From Candidatus Flemingiibacterium sp. (GTDB taxonomy: Bacteria; Bacillota; Clostridia; Oscillospirales; CAG-272): a DNA stretch of 49,748 nucleotides. The notes under the pieces were generated by a model. It saw nothing but the letters and a program-made list of their open reading frames with translations. It searched no databases and had not been told where the DNA came from. The stretch spans positions 1-49,748 of the forward strand of contig JAZNFI010000068.1 of assembly GCA_045589075.1 (NCBI GenBank). Reading direction: 5' to 3'. A program made the position numbers and the translations under genes. Of this stretch, positions 46,965 to 49,748 are shown piece by piece (the first letter of the stretch is position 1; each line of letters starts with the position of its first letter).

Positions 46965-47499
46965 AATGTGCCGGATTCATAGGTTCAATGTTAGTTATGG
47001 TAATCGATACAGTAATATTTTTGCTTTTGATAACAGTAGTGGATCCGGGGGCTATATATGTGGTTCCTCCGAGAAGGAAACCCTCATCACTGAACACACC
47101 GGAGCCTATGAGGTCACCTTCAACGTCTATTCTGTCATTTTTGTTAGGATTTTCAGGGTCACTCGGTGATATAGTTTTGATAAGCTGTCCGTCAATTCCG
47201 GCAATAAACATCTCGGCAGGTCTTTCAATCGGTTTAGCCTCAAGGGCACCCAGATAGCCGTAAGTGTCGCTGTAAAAATGGTCTCCTGCAATGAAATAGT
47301 CAAAGGAGTTGTTGTTTATATCGCGAATTGAAAATGATATGCGTGCAGGCTCTATACTGGTGTTGTTTACAACCTTATCTACAATACCTGCACGAAGCGC
47401 AATACCTATAACAGCTCCAATAACAATAATGGCAAGAAGTAAATCAATTATATTGGGCTTTAATTTTTCATTTTTCTTCTGTGCTGTATTCTCTATCAT
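46963..47499 (-). CDS. DUF4330-like bitopic membrane protein
   Basis: NIIDLLLAIIV N-terminal motif plus TM, then a beta-rich soluble domain; similar to its neighbour. Confidence 0.7.
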   Translation of the reverse strand: MIENTAQKKNEKLKPNIIDLLLAIIVIGAVIGIALRAGIVDKVVNNTSIEPARISFSIRDINNNSFDYFIAGDHFYSDTYGYLGALEAKPIERPAEMFIAGIDGQLIKTISPSDPENPNKNDRIDVEGDLIGSGVFSDEGFLLGGTTYIAPGSTTVIKSKNITVSITITNIEPMNPAH

Positions 47500-47501
47500 G
47501 A

Positions 47502-47999
47502 TTAATTACCCTCCGTTTCCCAAAGTTGAATACAGTATCCAACACCCGTGTAATCCGGGAGACGCACATAAATCTTTGAACCCACCGATATGTCGTAACC
47601 GCCGTCTATAACATAACGACCGTATGCGCCGGGTACAGCCTCTGCACCCACTGTAAGCTTAATGTTTGAGTGATCGGGGTAGACACCGCTGACAAGCGAA
47701 CCGGTCTGCATATCGTTGCCGTTGTATATGGCGTCAGAGACGCCGAACGACAAAAGTTGTCCGATATGATACTTAGCAACAGCATCAACCACCTGCTGTC
47801 CCACATCAAAATTGTCTGTAAACTCATTTCGTACAGTGCGAAGCTCAATAACATACTCAATATTCGTAGTCTTAACTGTCGTTCCGATATTTCCCGTTGA
47901 GAACAGAAATATTAACGCGCCTATTATCGCTGCGATGACTATTATAACAGCCGCATCTATGGCATTAAATCTATGCTTTTTTATAATCTTTTTATCCAT
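47502..47999 (-). CDS. DUF4330-like bitopic membrane protein
   Basis: RFNAIDAAVIIVI plus TM; IDGGYDISVGSKI motif; SD GGGAG. Confidence 0.72.
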   Translation of the reverse strand: MDKKIIKKHRFNAIDAAVIIVIAAIIGALIFLFSTGNIGTTVKTTNIEYVIELRTVRNEFTDNFDVGQQVVDAVAKYHIGQLLSFGVSDAIYNGNDMQTGSLVSGVYPDHSNIKLTVGAEAVPGAYGRYVIDGGYDISVGSKIYVRLPDYTGVGYCIQLWETEGN

Positions 48000-48014
48000 G
48001 ATATTCTCCCTTGA

Positions 48015-49748
48015 CTAAAATATATTTTCGGGTGCTGTCGAATTAAGTATACGTCTTACCGCAGCACCAAGTCCAAGCATCATCCAGAACATTAAAAATA
48101 CTCTGTAATTATACCAAATATAATCGGTCATTCCTTGTGCAAGTACCGAAGCCATACCACAGAACAGTGCAGATGAAATCAGTTTTTCCCGACGCACTTC
48201 CCGTACATGGAGCGACATGCTGGATTGTGTATAGAATACCAGTATCGCCAGAAATACTATAAGCCCCACAATGCCCAGCTCTACAGTTATCTGAAAATAA
48301 AGGTTGTGGGAATGGGGTGCAGTTTCGATACCTGAAAGAGCGTAAGACGGATACACCAGCCTGAACGAATCGCTTCCGATGCCTATACCGCTTCGATAGT
48401 ATCCATCGCCCAGCATATCAAGAACCCCACGCCAGATATTTACACGGTATGACGTTGAACTGTCCCCGAGATTACCTATGCTTGTAAATCTTGATACCAC
48501 ACTGTCGGGAAGTATAAATGGCAGAAAAGGAATTCCGAAAACACAGAACATCAGAGCTGTAAGAGTGGTCTTACTGTATAAAAGAAGAAATATCAGAACA
48601 CCAAAAAGGAATCCCAACCACGCTCCTCGTGACCATGTATAGACAAGACATCCTAGGGCACATATTCCGGCAGCACCGAGAACAAGCTTCCCTTTAGGTG
48701 CTTTTGTGAGAATAAACATGGCAAGTATAAGCGGAATCACCATTATCAGATACTCAGCAAGGACGTTGGGGTTCTCAAAAGTTGATACCACCCTTCCCTC
48801 GATTTCACTGAACATATCGGTATCCTGCCAGGTCTTTTCAACCATTCCGAAGAAGTTCTGATAAAGACCGTAAGCTCCCACAAATGTACAGGAGGTTATA
48901 GCACCAACAACACAGCGCATCACCCAATTATTTGAGCGAATAAGGTTAACCACCAGGAAATATCCCAGCATAAAAGCCACATACACCATCATCGGCTTTA
49001 TGCTTGCACCGGATGCTGCCACAATACCTCCGCCAAACATAAGAAGCATGAAAATGAAAACCGCCGCATCAAGCAGATCGAACTTTATGGAACGCTTTCC
49101 GCACAGCACCTTGAGGAAATAACAAACCGCCGTATAAAGTACCGCCGCCACAAGCATCATAGTCTCTGCAAAGGGCAGAAGAATTATCACCGCAAGCACA
49201 CCTATTTCCGGCTTAAGAAGGACAAGATACGCGGCAATAAGAAGGAATATTCCCATCAGCAAAAGTGCCGGATGAAGGAAAAAGGTTGCCGCACCAAAAA
49301 GGAGTCCTGCTACAAACGCCACGTTAAACTTGCCTTCTCTTGTTATGTGGCCTTCAAAAATCTCATTTCGGAAGCCTGCAACCTTTATGAGAAGCAGCCT
49401 TGACGCCGGGCTAGTCCTGAGAGCGCTTGCCAGCGAATGTCTCGAAGCTATCATCATTGTTGATGCTATAAGCATCAATGCAAGCGTAGATATGACAGTG
49501 GGATCAACCTCCGCGCTCTGTAAATAAAACAGCTTGAAAAGGTACACCAGAGTACTGTAAAGCACGGCAGAAAACATAAATATTCCATAGGACTTTATTG
49601 TAGCGCAGAAAAGCCTCTCAAGAAGTCCGCGGATGCCTCCAAGTATCACACTGCCTTCAATACAGGCAGCAAATCCGCGCTTAATGGGCATGAACACTCT
49701 TTCGTGAACGGACAGCCTTTTTGCCGTTCCAGCCAAAAGGCTGAAGTC
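48015..49748 (-). CDS. O-antigen ligase/polymerase (Wzy_C, IctB-like) membrane protein; 5' end may lie outside the window
   Basis: STFENPNVLAEYL, TWSRGAW, SYRVNIW, GIGIG, HSHNLY; many TMs; frame open to the window end. Confidence 0.85.
   Translation of the reverse strand, partial: DFSLLAGTAKRLSVHERVFMPIKRGFAACIEGSVILGGIRGLLERLFCATIKSYGIFMFSAVLYSTLVYLFKLFYLQSAEVDPTVISTLALMLIASTMMIASRHSLASALRTSPASRLLLIKVAGFRNEIFEGHITREGKFNVAFVAGLLFGAATFFLHPALLLMGIFLLIAAYLVLLKPEIGVLAVIILLPFAETMMLVAAVLYTAVCYFLKVLCGKRSIKFDLLDAAVFIFMLLMFGGGIVAASGASIKPMMVYVAFMLGYFLVVNLIRSNNWVMRCVVGAITSCTFVGAYGLYQNFFGMVEKTWQDTDMFSEIEGRVVSTFENPNVLAEYLIMVIPLILAMFILTKAPKGKLVLGAAGICALGCLVYTWSRGAWLGFLFGVLIFLLLYSKTTLTALMFCVFGIPFLPFILPDSVVSRFTSIGNLGDSSTSYRVNIWRGVLDMLGDGYYRSGIGIGSDSFRLVYPSYALSGIETAPHSHNLYFQITVELGIVGLIVFLAILVFYTQSSMSLHVREVRREKLISSALFCGMASVLAQGMTDYIWYNYRVFLMFWMMLGLGAAVRRILNSTAPENIF

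Noticed and set aside
1-49748. CRISPR array, IS/transposase, prophage or rRNA genes
   Set aside because: No spaced repeat array or diagnostic protein or RNA motif seen; almost all sequence is explained by the genes listed.

Overview
Chromosomal segment of a Clostridia-like Firmicute (inferred from gene content, sigmaA promoters and Shine-Dalgarno sites). Left to right: a possible island edge downstream of a tRNA-Leu/tRNA-fMet pair; a six-gene cell-envelope operon (MBOAT, AlgJ-like transferase, VanX-like lipoprotein, RCC1-repeat membrane protein, Ig-repeat transglutaminase-like protein, lipoprotein); an oppABCDF operon; sbcDC; an aroB-hydrolase-aroA-DUF362-ispE run ending in an exported trigger-factor-like gene; an AI-2E transporter; a reduced dcw cluster (mraZ to ftsZ, without murD, murB or ftsA); ptsH-uvrC-rsmD-coaD; and an O-antigen-ligase-like gene with two DUF4330-like genes. 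The best leads are a DUF1646/Na+-I riboswitch-like RNA under its own promoter directly upstream of ftsQ, and the uncharacterised envelope-modification operon. No CRISPR array, transposase or rRNA was seen. All family calls come from motif recognition by eye, not database searches.
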